Shown here: positions 38,994 through 48,824 of the stretch, piece after piece
How the letters are laid out: every line of letters starts with the position of its first letter
How positions within the stretch are numbered: position 1 is the first letter of the stretch
Assembly (NCBI GenBank): GCA_963826115.1
Contig: CAWGVS010000012.1
Coordinates: 224,001 to 288,000 of the forward strand
DNA from: an uncultured Candidatus Rokubacteria bacterium
GTDB lineage: Bacteria > Methylomirabilota > Methylomirabilia > Rokubacteriales > DASRDR01
Direction: 5' to 3'
DNA length: 64,000 bases
The notes under the pieces: generated by a model
Seen by the model: only the letters and a program-made list of their open reading frames with translations
What the model was told of the DNA's origin: nothing
Databases searched by the model: none
Translations under genes and position numbers: made by a program

Positions 38994-41915
38994 ATGCCGG
39001 CCGGCAGCGGCGCCTCGCCGGGCCGGACCCGCCGCTGGCAGTTCCGGCTCCGCGTCCACATCGCCACCATGTTCGTGGCGGTCATCGCCGCCGCCGGGCT
39101 CGCCATCGTCGGCTACGGCTACCGCGCGACGTCGCGGCTGCTTCTGTCCGCCGGCGACGACGAGTTCCTCCACGTGGCGGAGCGCACTGCCGGCCATGTC
39201 CGGGCGCTCCTGGCCCCCGCCCGGCTGCTGGTGGAGCTCCTCGCCCACCATCGCATCACGGGGACCACCGACCTGGCGGCGCGGCTCGATTCCTTACCGT
39301 TCCTGACCACCGCCCTCGCGGCGCACCCCGAGATCTCCGCCGTGTACGTCGGCTTCGCCAACGGCGACTTCTTCCTGGTGCGCTCGCTCCCGGAAGCCGT
39401 GCGGCCGGGCCTGGGCGCGCCGCCAGACGCGGCGTTCCTCGTCCAGAGCCTGGCGGCCACCGACCGGCCCACCCCGGGCCGCTACATCTTCGTGGACGCG
39501 CGGCTCGGCATCCTCCGGAACGAGCCCCGCCCGGCCTACCGGTTCGACCCGCGGACCCGGGACTGGTACCAGCGCGCCACGGCGACCACGAGCCTCGTGC
39601 GCACGAATCCCTACGTGTTCTTCACCACCCGCGAGGTCGGCACGACGCTCGCGCAGCGGGCCGCGGCCGGGGGGACCGTCGTCGGCGTGGACATCACGCT
39701 CCAGGAGCTCTCGCGGCACCTCGCCGAGTCGCGCGTGACCTTTTCCGCGCAGGTCGCCCTCGTCGACCGGCTGGGCCTGGTGATCGCGTATCCGGACGCG
39801 GCCCGGCTCGTCCGCACCGCCCCGGGGGGCGAGGCCGGGCTCACCCGGCTCGCGGATCTCGGCCAGCCCGCGCTCGGCCAGCTCCTCGCCGCGCCCGCCG
39901 GGTCGGCCGGCGGCCACGTCGCGCTGTCCCTCCCCGGCGGGGAGTGGGTGGGCGCCAAGCGCGGCGTCGACATGGACGCGGGCGAGCCGCTGATCCTGCT
40001 CCTGGCCGCTCCCCGCCGGGAGCTGGTCGCGGAGGCCCGCGGTCTCGCGCAGTGGCAGGTCCTCATCGGGCTCGCCGTCCTCGGCCTCGCGCTGATCGTC
40101 GTCTGGCTCTCCGCGCGCCTCATCTCCCGGCCGCTCGAGACGCTGACCCGGTCCGTCGAGCGCATGGGCGGCGGCGATCTCGACACGCGGCTCCCCGCGA
40201 TCTGGAATCCCTTCGAGGTGAGCGCCCTCCGCGACATGACCGACCACATGCGGCGGCAACTGCGGCGCAACATCGAGGAGCGCGCCGCGCGGCTCGCGGA
40301 GGAGCAGCGCCGGGCCCGGGAGCTCGAGATCGCCCGGAACATCCAGCAGTCCATGCTCCCGGCGGGGAGCGCCGCGCCCCTCGACGGCCGGTGCCGGATC
40401 GCGGCGATACTTCAGCCTGCCCGCGAGGTCGGCGGGGACCTCTACGACTTCTTCCCGCTGGACGGCCAGCGGCTCGTCATCACCATCGCCGACGTCGCGG
40501 ACAAGGGCATGCCCGCCGCGCTCCTGATGGCGCGGGTGACCGGGCTCCTGCGCGCGATCGGACGCGGCGAGACCGGACCCGACGAGATCCTCCGGGAGCT
40601 CGACGCGCGGCTCTCCGAGGGCAACGACATGTGCATGTTCGTCACGATGGCGTGCGCGGTCCTCGACGGCGAGAGCGGCGAGCTGCGCTTCGCGAGCGCG
40701 GGCCACGAGCGGCCGCTCCTGCGGCGGGCCGGCGGCGCGACCCGCGTGCTCGTGACCGAGGGCGGGCCCGCGCTCGGCCTGGACGCCCGCGAGGGATTCC
40801 CGGTGTGGGTCGGGTACCTGGCGCCCGGCGACGCGCTGGTGCTCTGCACCGACGGGGTGACCGAGGCGTTCGACGCGGCGGGCGAGGCCTTCGGCCTGGA
40901 GCGGTTCCGACAGGTCGTCGCCGAGGCGCGCACGGACGCGCTCGACGCCCTGCCGGGCCGGCTCGTGGAGGCGATCGAGCGGTTCTCCACGGGCGGGTTC
41001 CCGCGGGACGACATGGCGATGGTGGCGCTCCAGTACCGGCCCACCGGCGTGCGGGTGGACGCGGCCGGCGTGGAGTCCTGGCAGCTCGCGGTGGCCAGCG
41101 AGCCCGACGCGCTCGCCGCCGCGCTCCGCGCCATCGAGGGCATCCTGCGGGCCCGGGGCGTGCCGGCCACCACCCACCACGACTGCGTCCTGGCTCTGGA
41201 GGAGCTCCTCGCCAACGTGATGACCCACGCCTATGGCGGCCAGCCCGGCCGGGAGGCGCGCGTCGAGATCCGGATGCCGCCGGAAGAGATCCAGGTCCGG
41301 ATCGAGGACGCGGGGCCGCCCTTCAATCCCCTGGAGGCGCCCGAGCCGGACCTCGAGGCACCCTTGGCCGAGCGGCCGATCGGAAAGCTCGGCCTGGTCC
41401 TGATCAAGCACCTCGCGACCCGCTGGGAATACGCGCGCGAGGGCGCGGCCAACGTCCACACGCTCCTGTGGACACGACCGGCCGAGACGTCAGACGGGGC
41501 GTCGCTCGAGACGGCGACGGCCCCCGGAGAAGGAGGAGAGATGAGCCTAGACATCGAGACCGGCTCGAGTCCGACCGAGCGACGGGTGACGCTGCGCGGG
41601 CGCCTCGACAGCCTCACCGCCCCCAACCTGGACGCCGAGCTCGCGCCCGTGCTGGACGACCGTGCCGTCACGTCCCTCGTGTTCCAGCTGGAGGGCCTCG
41701 ACTACATCAGCAGCGCGGGCATCCGCTGCATCATCCGCGCGCGCAAGGCGGTCGAGGGACGCGGCGGCACTGTCGCCATCGTCAACGCGCAGCCCGCGGT
41801 CCGCAAGGTGTTCGAGATCGTGAAGGCGCTCCCCTCCGATCAGGTCTTCGCGAGCCAGGCCGAGTTCGACGCCTACCTCGACCGGATGCAGCGCCGGGCG
41901 CGCGAGACCCGCTGA
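38994..41915 (+). CDS. Fused sensor: TM-Cache-TM-HAMP-SpoIIE PP2C phosphatase-anti-sigma kinase (HATPase_c)-STAS
   Basis: DPRTRDWY/PY Cache motifs; HAMP; ELEIARNIQ, GGDLYD, ADVADKG, TDGVTEA, DDM; EELLANVMTHAY, IEDAGPPFNP; GRLD..TAP, DYISSAG. Confidence 0.9.
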   Translation: MPAGSGASPGRTRRWQFRLRVHIATMFVAVIAAAGLAIVGYGYRATSRLLLSAGDDEFLHVAERTAGHVRALLAPARLLVELLAHHRITGTTDLAARLDSLPFLTTALAAHPEISAVYVGFANGDFFLVRSLPEAVRPGLGAPPDAAFLVQSLAATDRPTPGRYIFVDARLGILRNEPRPAYRFDPRTRDWYQRATATTSLVRTNPYVFFTTREVGTTLAQRAAAGGTVVGVDITLQELSRHLAESRVTFSAQVALVDRLGLVIAYPDAARLVRTAPGGEAGLTRLADLGQPALGQLLAAPAGSAGGHVALSLPGGEWVGAKRGVDMDAGEPLILLLAAPRRELVAEARGLAQWQVLIGLAVLGLALIVVWLSARLISRPLETLTRSVERMGGGDLDTRLPAIWNPFEVSALRDMTDHMRRQLRRNIEERAARLAEEQRRARELEIARNIQQSMLPAGSAAPLDGRCRIAAILQPAREVGGDLYDFFPLDGQRLVITIADVADKGMPAALLMARVTGLLRAIGRGETGPDEILRELDARLSEGNDMCMFVTMACAVLDGESGELRFASAGHERPLLRRAGGATRVLVTEGGPALGLDAREGFPVWVGYLAPGDALVLCTDGVTEAFDAAGEAFGLERFRQVVAEARTDALDALPGRLVEAIERFSTGGFPRDDMAMVALQYRPTGVRVDAAGVESWQLAVASEPDALAAALRAIEGILRARGVPATTHHDCVLALEELLANVMTHAYGGQPGREARVEIRMPPEEIQVRIEDAGPPFNPLEAPEPDLEAPLAERPIGKLGLVLIKHLATRWEYAREGAANVHTLLWTRPAETSDGASLETATAPGEGGEMSLDIETGSSPTERRVTLRGRLDSLTAPNLDAELAPVLDDRAVTSLVFQLEGLDYISSAGIRCIIRARKAVEGRGGTVAIVNAQPAVRKVFEIVKALPSDQVFASQAEFDAYLDRMQRRARETR

Positions 41916-41954
41916 CCGCCGCCCCGCGGCCGGCGATCGGGCCGGGCTCCGGGA

Positions 41955-41983
41955 TTGACGCCGCGCGGCGGGCCCGCTACCGT
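41955..41983 (+). promoter_or_regulatory. Sigma70-like promoter for the PhyH gene
   Basis: TTGACG-17 nt-TACCGT. Confidence 0.55.
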
Positions 41984-42001
41984 GGGCCGGCGCCTCGTCG
42001 C

Positions 42002-43027
42002 ATGCACGCCCTCGAGAGCTCGATCGCGCTCGTCGCGGACGGCCCCGCCCTCGCCCGGCGGATGGCCCGGGACGGGTATCTCTACCTGCCCGGCCTCCTG
42101 CCCACGGAGGCGGTGTCTGGCGTCCAGGCCGACGTCGCCGCGATCGCGCGCGACGCGGGATGGCTGCGGGCCGACGCGCCCCTCGCCGCCGCCGTCGCGG
42201 ACCCGGGCGGCTTCTGCGTCGACCCCGACCCGCGGTATCTCGAGGTCCTGCGCCGGATCAACCGTCTCGAGCGCTATCACGCGTTGAAGCACCACCCGGC
42301 GCTGCTTGGCCTCTTCGAGCGCCTCCTCGGCGCCCCCGCGTTCCCGCACCCCCGGGTGCTGATGCGGAACATCTTCCCGGGCGCGCCCGAGTACACGACC
42401 AAGGCGCACCAGGACTACCCGAACGTGCAGGGGACCACCGAGGTGTACACGGCGTGGATCCCCCTGATCGACTGCCCGTCCGAGGTCGGCGGGCTCCAGG
42501 TGGCGCGCGGCTCCCACCAGCTCGGCGTGCTCGACTTCGGGATCGGCAACGGCGCGGGCGGCATCGAGATCCTCGACCCGCTCGAGGACCGGTGGACGGG
42601 CGGCCCCATGCGCGTCGGGGACGTGCTCGTCTTCCACAGCCTCACGGTGCACAAGGGGATCGAGAACCGGAGCGCGCGACTCCGGATGTCCATGGACTGC
42701 CGCTTCCAGCGCGTGCGCGACCCGTTCAACCCGGACAACGCCAACCCCGACGGCCAGCCCCTCCGCTGGGAGGACGTCTACGCGGGGTGGCGATCCGACG
42801 AGCTCCAGTACTACTGGACTCGGCTCCCGCTCACCTCCGCGGCGTTCGACCGGACGTGGTTCGACCGGCGGGACGCGCTCGGATTCGAGCTCGGCGAGGC
42901 CGGCGACCCCCGCGCGCGCTCGGTGCTCCAGCGGATCGTCGCGCGCGACGCCGACCCTCGGAAGCGCGAGCGGGCCGCGCGGCTCCTCGCCGCCCTGGAC
43001 GCGGGCGACCCCTCCCCCCGCGCCTGA
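42002..43027 (+). CDS. Phytanoyl-CoA dioxygenase (PhyH) family protein
   Basis: RDGYLYL, AHQD (HxD), [26 protein letters not shown]. Confidence 0.88.
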   Translation: MHALESSIALVADGPALARRMARDGYLYLPGLLPTEAVSGVQADVAAIARDAGWLRADAPLAAAVADPGGFCVDPDPRYLEVLRRINRLERYHALKHHPALLGLFERLLGAPAFPHPRVLMRNIFPGAPEYTTKAHQDYPNVQGTTEVYTAWIPLIDCPSEVGGLQVARGSHQLGVLDFGIGNGAGGIEILDPLEDRWTGGPMRVGDVLVFHSLTVHKGIENRSARLRMSMDCRFQRVRDPFNPDNANPDGQPLRWEDVYAGWRSDELQYYWTRLPLTSAAFDRTWFDRRDALGFELGEAGDPRARSVLQRIVARDADPRKRERAARLLAALDAGDPSPRA

Positions 43028-43070
43028 CGCGCGGGGTACGAGGGTTCCGTGAGTCTCCCCGGCGCGCCGT

Positions 43071-43665
43071 CGCCTGCCACGCCCAGCCGATGCGCGAGTC
43101 GCGGAGCCGCGCCGACGCGAAGAGGGCGAGGAGCGCCGCGACCAGGAACAGGTAGTAGTACTGGCCGTTCCGCGTCGCCGCGTAGCCGAGGAAGTGGGGC
43201 GCGTCGATTGTCACGATCCCGCTCGGCCCGCCCGGTGATGTTGATCGGCCGGTCCAGGTTGATGAGGAGCAGGTACGTGATCTCGCCGAACCCGAGCGTC
43301 ACGATGGCCAGGTAGTCGCCGCGGAGCCGGAGCGTCGGCGCGCCGATCAGGACGCCGGCCAGCGCGGTCACGACGACGACGATCGGCAGGATGACGACCG
43401 TCGGCCAGTGGACGCCGAAGTGCGGCGACGCGAGGAAGGCGTAGATGTACGAGCCGATGCCGAAGAACGCCACGTAGCCGAGGTCGAGGAGGCCGGCGAA
43501 GCCCGACGACGACGTTGAGGCCGAGGGCCAGCGTCGCGTAGAGGCCGATGCGCGTCGCCACGCCGATCCAGTAGTCGTTCGGGGCCACCAGCGGGAACAG
43601 GATCGCCGCCGCCAGGAGCGCGGCGCCGAGCCACCGGCGGCGCGGTCGGCTCGCCCGGCGCTCAT
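43071..43665 (-). pseudogene. livM: LivM permease pseudogene (about 3 frameshifts, 3' truncated)
   Basis: LivM segments lie in different frames: [10 protein letters not shown] / [14 protein letters not shown]...[18 protein letters not shown] / GPSGI...SRIGWAWQA; homology ends near 43071. Confidence 0.85.
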
Positions 43666-44606
43666 CAGACCTTCTCCGACTCCGGGACCGACTCGCCGAG
43701 CAGGCCCGCCGGGCGGACGACGAGGGTCACGATCAGGATCACGAAGGCCACCACGTCCTTGTACGCGGGATTCATGAACGTCACCGCGAGGCTCTCCACG
43801 AGCCCGAGGATCAGCCCGCCGAGCATCGCGCCCCGGATGTTCCCGATCCCGCCGAGCACCGCCGCCGTGAACGCCTTGAGCCCGGCCGAGTAGCCCATGA
43901 AGAAGTCGATCTGCGTGTAGTAGAGGCCCACCAGCACGCCGCCGGCCCCGCCCAGGGCGGACCCGAGGAAGAACGTGACGCCGATCACCCACCGGACGTT
44001 GACGCCCATCACCGCGGCCATCTCGCGGTCCTCGGCCACCGCCCGGATGGAGCGCCCGAGGGTCGTGCGCTGCACCAGGAGATTCAGGCCGCCCATCATC
44101 AGGAGGGCGCCGCCGATCATCACGAGCACCAGCACGGACACGCTCACGCCGCCGATGTCGAACGTCCACGCCCGCGGGAACAGGAGTCCGGTCATGAAGA
44201 CCTTCATGCGGGCGCCCTGCGTCAGCATGATGGCGTTCTGGATGAAGATGGACGCGCCCACCGCGCTGATGAGGGGGCCGAGCCGGGTCGCGCCGCGCGT
44301 GTAGAGCGGCCGGTAGGCGAAGCGCTCGAGGGCCGTTCCCACGAGCCCGGCGCCCGCCATCGCCAGGGTCAGCATCAGCGGCAGAACCCAGATCGGGTGG
44401 AGGCCGCCGATCTTCTCGCGAAGCAAGAGGGCCAGCACCCACCAGCCCACGTACGCGCCGATCGTGAAGATGTCGCCGTGCGCGAAGTTGATCATGAACA
44501 GGATGCCGTACACCATCGTGTAGCCCAGCGCGATGAGGCCGTAGACCGAGCCCAGCGCCAGCCCGAAGACGAGCTGCTGCGGCAAGATCTGGAGGATGTC
44601 GCTCAC
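43665..44606 (-). CDS. livH: Branched-chain amino acid ABC permease (LivH type)
   Basis: [36 protein letters not shown]. Confidence 0.9.
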   Translation of the reverse strand: MSDILQILPQQLVFGLALGSVYGLIALGYTMVYGILFMINFAHGDIFTIGAYVGWWVLALLLREKIGGLHPIWVLPLMLTLAMAGAGLVGTALERFAYRPLYTRGATRLGPLISAVGASIFIQNAIMLTQGARMKVFMTGLLFPRAWTFDIGGVSVSVLVLVMIGGALLMMGGLNLLVQRTTLGRSIRAVAEDREMAAVMGVNVRWVIGVTFFLGSALGGAGGVLVGLYYTQIDFFMGYSAGLKAFTAAVLGGIGNIRGAMLGGLILGLVESLAVTFMNPAYKDVVAFVILIVTLVVRPAGLLGESVPESEKV

Positions 44607-44631
44607 CGCGCCGGGTCCTTCCCCGCCGGGC

Positions 44632-45363
44632 TCACGCGGACGCCGCCTCGTCCACCTCGCCGAGGTACGCGCGGCGGATGTGGTCGGCGCGGAGCAGCGC
44701 GTCGGCGGTGTCCGTGACGACGATGCGGCCGTTCTGGAGCACGTAGCCCCGATGCGCGATGCCAAGCGCCACCGTCGCGTTCTGCTCGACCACCAGGATG
44801 GTGGTCCCCTGCCGGTTGATCGTCTGGATGATGTCGAACACCTGGTCGACGAGGGCCGGCGAGAGACCCATCGACGGCTCGTCCATCAGCAGGAGACGCG
44901 GCCGCGCCATCAGCGCGCGGGCCATGGCCAGCATCTGCTGCTCGCCGCCGGACAGCGTGCCGCCCTTCTGCTGCGCCCGCTCGCGGAGCCGGGGGAACAG
45001 CGTGTAGACGCGCTCCAGGTCCTGGCCGAGCTCCGCCGGGGACTCGCGGCGCCGCGTGTAGGCGCCCATCGTGAGGTTCTCCCACACGGTCATGCGCCCG
45101 AAGATCCGGCGCGCCTCGGGAACGAGGGAGATGCCGCGGCTCACGATCGATTCCGTCGGCAGCCCGTCGATGCGCTGGCCCTCGAACTCGACGCGCCCCT
45201 GACGGGGCCGCACGATCCCGAGGATCGTCTTCATCGTGGTGGACTTCCCGGACGCGTTCCCGCCCAGGAGGCAGACGATCTCGCCCGCCCGCACCTCGAG
45301 GTTCACGGACTTCAGGACCTGGATGGGCCCGTAGTAGGTGACGACGTCCGCGAGCCTAAGCAC
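44632..45363 (-). CDS. livF: ABC ATPase (LivF type)
   Basis: GGNASGKST, LSGGEQQMLA, DEPSMGL. Confidence 0.9.
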   Translation of the reverse strand: MLRLADVVTYYGPIQVLKSVNLEVRAGEIVCLLGGNASGKSTTMKTILGIVRPRQGRVEFEGQRIDGLPTESIVSRGISLVPEARRIFGRMTVWENLTMGAYTRRRESPAELGQDLERVYTLFPRLRERAQQKGGTLSGGEQQMLAMARALMARPRLLLMDEPSMGLSPALVDQVFDIIQTINRQGTTILVVEQNATVALGIAHRGYVLQNGRIVVTDTADALLRADHIRRAYLGEVDEAASA

Positions 45364-46146
45364 GGCCGCCCCGGCGCCCCAGGTACGCCTCGAGGACGGC
45401 CGGCGTGTCCCGGACCGCCTCGAACGCGCCCTCGGCGATCTTCGTCCCGTGGTCGAGCGCGACGACGCGCTCGCAGATCCCGCGGACCAGGCCCATGTCG
45501 TGCTCGATCAGCAGGATCGCGACGCCCCGGTCCCGGATCCGGACGATGTCCCGCATGAGCTCGCGGGTCTCGGTGGGATTCATGCCGGCCGCGGGCTCGT
45601 CGAGGAGGAGGAGCCGCGGCTCGGTAGCGAGAGCCCGCGCGATCTCGAGCCGCCGCCGGTTCGCGTAGGAGAGCGTCCCCGCCGGCTCGGCGATCCGGGG
45701 CCGCAGCCGGTCGCCGAAGAGCCCGAGCAGGACCTCCGCGCGCTCCCGGGTGCGCTGGACCTCTGCGCGCACCGCGGGGACGCCGAGCAGCACGCCCGCG
45801 ATACCGGCGCGCGTGCGACAGTGCATCCCCACGAGCACGTTCTCCAGCACGGTCATCTGGTTGAACAGCCGCTGGTTCTGGAACGTGCGCGCGATGCCGA
45901 GCGCCGTGATGGCGTGGAGGGGAGCCCGGCCAGCTCCGCCGGCGCGCCGGCCGGCCCGAGAAAGGTCATGCGGCCGGCGGTGCTACGGTAGATCCCCGTC
46001 AGGAGGTTGAAGACCGTCGTCTTGCCCGAGCCGTTGGGCCCGATCAGGCCGACGATCTCGCCGGGCTCGACCCGGAGGTCGAGCTCGTGGACGGCCCGGA
46101 GGCCGCCGAAGGCCTTGCTGAGACGCTGCGTCTCCAGGAGGGCCAT
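45356..46146 (-). pseudogene. livG: ABC ATPase (LivG type) with a frameshift
   Basis: GPNGSGKTT frame (45853-46146) switches to HAITALGIARTFQN...DEPAAG near 45918 (one base missing). Confidence 0.8.
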
Positions 46147-46174
46147 CGGCGGCCGGCCGGGCGCTGGTCCGGTC

Positions 46175-47317
46175 CTACTTCACGACCAGGGTCTTGACCT
46201 GCTCGAAGCCGGTCCCCTTCACCTGGTAGACGAAGATGACGCCGCCGGCGACGTCGCCCTTGTCATCGAAGGTCAGCGGAATGCCGAGAATGCCCTTGTA
46301 CTCCTTGGTGGCGCGGACCGCGTCGCGGATCGCCGCCCGGTCCGTCTTCCCCACCTTCTTGATCGCCTCGAGGATGATGTTGGCCGCCTCGTACGCGAGG
46401 GGCCCGTAGGAGCTGACCGGGCCGTACTTCGCCTCGAACGACTTCACGAAGGCGGCTGCGGCCGGGATCTTCTTCAGGTCGGGCGCGAGGAAGGTGACGT
46501 AGTTGCCCTCCGCCGCGCCGCCCGCGGCCTGGATGTAGTCCACCGGCTCGAACTGGCCGTCCGGGCCGATCATCCGGACCTTGCCGAGGCCCACGTCCGG
46601 CAGCTGCTTGGCGATGAGCGCCGCCTCCGGCGCCCACAGGCTCGCGTAGATGACGTTCGTATCCTTGGGAAGCGTGCCGAGCACCGCGCGGAAGTCCTTG
46701 TCCCCCGCCCGCACCACGTACCGGAGCGCGGTGGCGCCCATCGCCTTCGCCTTCTTCTCGACCTCGTCGGCGGCGCCCTTCGGCCCCGTCGTCCCGTCGT
46801 CGAAGATCGCGATCTTCTTCGCCTTGAGCTCCTCGATGGCGAAGATGGCGCCGGCCGGGCCCTGCGCGTCGTCGCGCGCGCACACGCGGTTCGTGTTCTT
46901 GAGGCCGCGGTCGGTCACCTTCGGGTTCGTGCAGCCCGGGCTGATGAGGGGGATCGCAACCCGCTCCAGCACCTCGGAGACCGGAATGCACGTCACGCTG
47001 GTGATCCCCCAGACGGCGCCCATGACGGCGGGATCGGCCGCGACCTTCTCCGCCGCCGCCACGCCCACCTGCGGGTTCCCCTGGTCGTCGGCGTCCATGA
47101 CCTCGATCTTCTTCCCGAGGACGCCGCCCTTCGCGTTCCACTCCTCCACCGCCAGCTTGACGGCGTTCGCGACTTCCTGCCCCTGCTTCGCGAGCGGCCC
47201 CGTGAGGGGCACGCCGGCCGCGATCTTGATGGTCTGCTGGGCCTCGGCCGCCGGCCCGGCCAGCGCAACGGCTAGGGCGAGCCCCACACCCACGATCATT
47301 CGTCCGCGCATTCGCAT
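46175..47317 (-). CDS. Branched-chain amino acid ABC substrate-binding protein (LivK/LivJ type)
   Basis: Signal peptide, PLTG, GGVLG, DD, RDDAQG, FDDKGD; AAGGAGG RBS. Confidence 0.9.
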   Translation of the reverse strand: MRMRGRMIVGVGLALAVALAGPAAEAQQTIKIAAGVPLTGPLAKQGQEVANAVKLAVEEWNAKGGVLGKKIEVMDADDQGNPQVGVAAAEKVAADPAVMGAVWGITSVTCIPVSEVLERVAIPLISPGCTNPKVTDRGLKNTNRVCARDDAQGPAGAIFAIEELKAKKIAIFDDGTTGPKGAADEVEKKAKAMGATALRYVVRAGDKDFRAVLGTLPKDTNVIYASLWAPEAALIAKQLPDVGLGKVRMIGPDGQFEPVDYIQAAGGAAEGNYVTFLAPDLKKIPAAAAFVKSFEAKYGPVSSYGPLAYEAANIILEAIKKVGKTDRAAIRDAVRATKEYKGILGIPLTFDDKGDVAGGVIFVYQVKGTGFEQVKTLVVK

Positions 47318-47357
47318 CAGTTCCTCCTTCGCTGGTGAATGACGACCGCGTGCCGGG

Positions 47358-48674
47358 TCAGGGCAGCGCGCGCTCCGCCTGCAGATCGGCCACCGCCTTG
47401 CCCACCGCCACCGCCGTCTCCTCGATCTCACGGTCTCCGTGGACGGCCGAGACCCACCCATGGTTGGCGGACATGTCGACGCCGTGCAGGATCAGCGCGC
47501 AGCGCCACTTGTGAACCAGGCTCGCGTCCCGCTTCTTCCCCGCCTCGGGTGGCCCCTCGAGCGAGATGTGGCAGACGGAGACGTCCCCGTACGCGACGCA
47601 CGGCGCCCCGGCCTTCCGGAAGACGTCGTTGAGCGCGGCGCGCAGCTCCGCCCCGCGGGCGTTGGCGGTCTCGTGGTGCTTGCCGTCCGCGATCTGGGAC
47701 AGCATGGAAATCCCCGCCGTCGCGGTGAGCGGGTTGGAGTTGTAGGTCCCGTTCTGCGCCACGCGGCCCTGCCGGTTCCGCAGCGCATCGGTACCGAACG
47801 CCATCTGGCTCAAGATCGCGCGCTTCCCGCACACCGCTGCGCCCGGCAGCCCGCCCGCCACGATCTTCGCGAGGGTGGTCATGTCCGGGGTGATGCCGTA
47901 GTACTCCTGCGCCCCGCCGGGCGCGTAGCGGAACCCGGTGATGACCTCGTCGAAGATCAGCACGAGGTTGCGGTCGGACGTGAGCTGGCGGAGGTCCTTC
48001 AGAAAGCCCGGGTCGATCGGATCGGTGCCGGCCTGGGCGCCGCTCGGCTCGAGGATCACCGTGCCGATGTCGTCGCGGCTCTTGACCAGGCGCTCAAGGG
48101 CGCCCATGTCGTTCGCGGGCGACAGCAGCACCTCGCCGAGCACCGGGCCGGGGATCCCGGCCGACATGGGGATCTCGAAGGGCGGGTTCACACCGGTCGC
48201 CACGCCGTCGGCCCAGCCGTGGAAGTGGCCGGTGAACTTCACGAGCTTCGGCCGGCCAGAGTAGGCCCGCGCCAGCCGGATGGCGAGGTGCGTCGCCTCC
48301 GTCCCCGACATCGTGAACCGCACCATCTCGGCCGAGGGGATGAGCTTCGTGATCCAGTCGGCCCACTCGACCTCGAGCTTGTGGCACGCGCCGTAGTGCG
48401 TGCCGAGGCTCACCTGCCGCTTCACCGCCTCGACCATCGCGGGGTGGGAGTGCCCGAGGAACAGGGCTCCGTGGCCCATCCAGTAGTCGATGTACTCCCG
48501 GCCGTCCACGTCCCACTTGCGGGGCCCGGCGGCCCGCGCCACGTAGAGCGGGAAGGGAACCAGGTGGCGGCTGTCGTGCGTGATCCCGCCCGGGATGATG
48601 CGGCACGCCTTCTCCCACTCCGTCCAGGAGCCTGGCAGGGCCTTGCGGTATCGCTCGGCGATGGTCTCGCCCAT
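47358..48674 (-). CDS. Class III PLP aminotransferase (glutamate-1-semialdehyde aminomutase-like)
   Basis: WDVDGREYIDY, SGTEA, FHG, IFDEVITGFR, KIVAGGLP. Confidence 0.9.
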   Translation of the reverse strand: MGETIAERYRKALPGSWTEWEKACRIIPGGITHDSRHLVPFPLYVARAAGPRKWDVDGREYIDYWMGHGALFLGHSHPAMVEAVKRQVSLGTHYGACHKLEVEWADWITKLIPSAEMVRFTMSGTEATHLAIRLARAYSGRPKLVKFTGHFHGWADGVATGVNPPFEIPMSAGIPGPVLGEVLLSPANDMGALERLVKSRDDIGTVILEPSGAQAGTDPIDPGFLKDLRQLTSDRNLVLIFDEVITGFRYAPGGAQEYYGITPDMTTLAKIVAGGLPGAAVCGKRAILSQMAFGTDALRNRQGRVAQNGTYNSNPLTATAGISMLSQIADGKHHETANARGAELRAALNDVFRKAGAPCVAYGDVSVCHISLEGPPEAGKKRDASLVHKWRCALILHGVDMSANHGWVSAVHGDREIEETAVAVGKAVADLQAERALP

Positions 48675-48748
48675 GGGAAGATCCTCCTCAGTAGGGGCGC
48701 CGCTCCGCGAGCCGCGCGCCCGTTCCGGTGCGTCGGACGTAGGCGTCT

Positions 48749-48776
48749 ACTATGAGACCCGCACGCCCCCCGTCAA
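48749..48776 (-). promoter_or_regulatory. Sigma70-like promoter for the aminotransferase-liv operon
   Basis: Minus strand TTGACG-16 nt-CATAGT. Confidence 0.45.
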
Positions 48777-48824
48777 GACGCCCCGAACGGGGCGCGGGGA
48801 CCGACGGCGCGGGCGGGAGCCGCG

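Noticed and set aside
38918-42001. Upstream extension of the 1369-aa ORF
   Set aside because: Off-frame shadow of the SpoIIE fusion; PhyH has its own promoter and ATG at 42002.
47358-48674. Calling this gene hemL
   Set aside because: It heads an amino-acid ABC operon and diverges from HemL motifs; more likely a catabolic class III aminotransferase.
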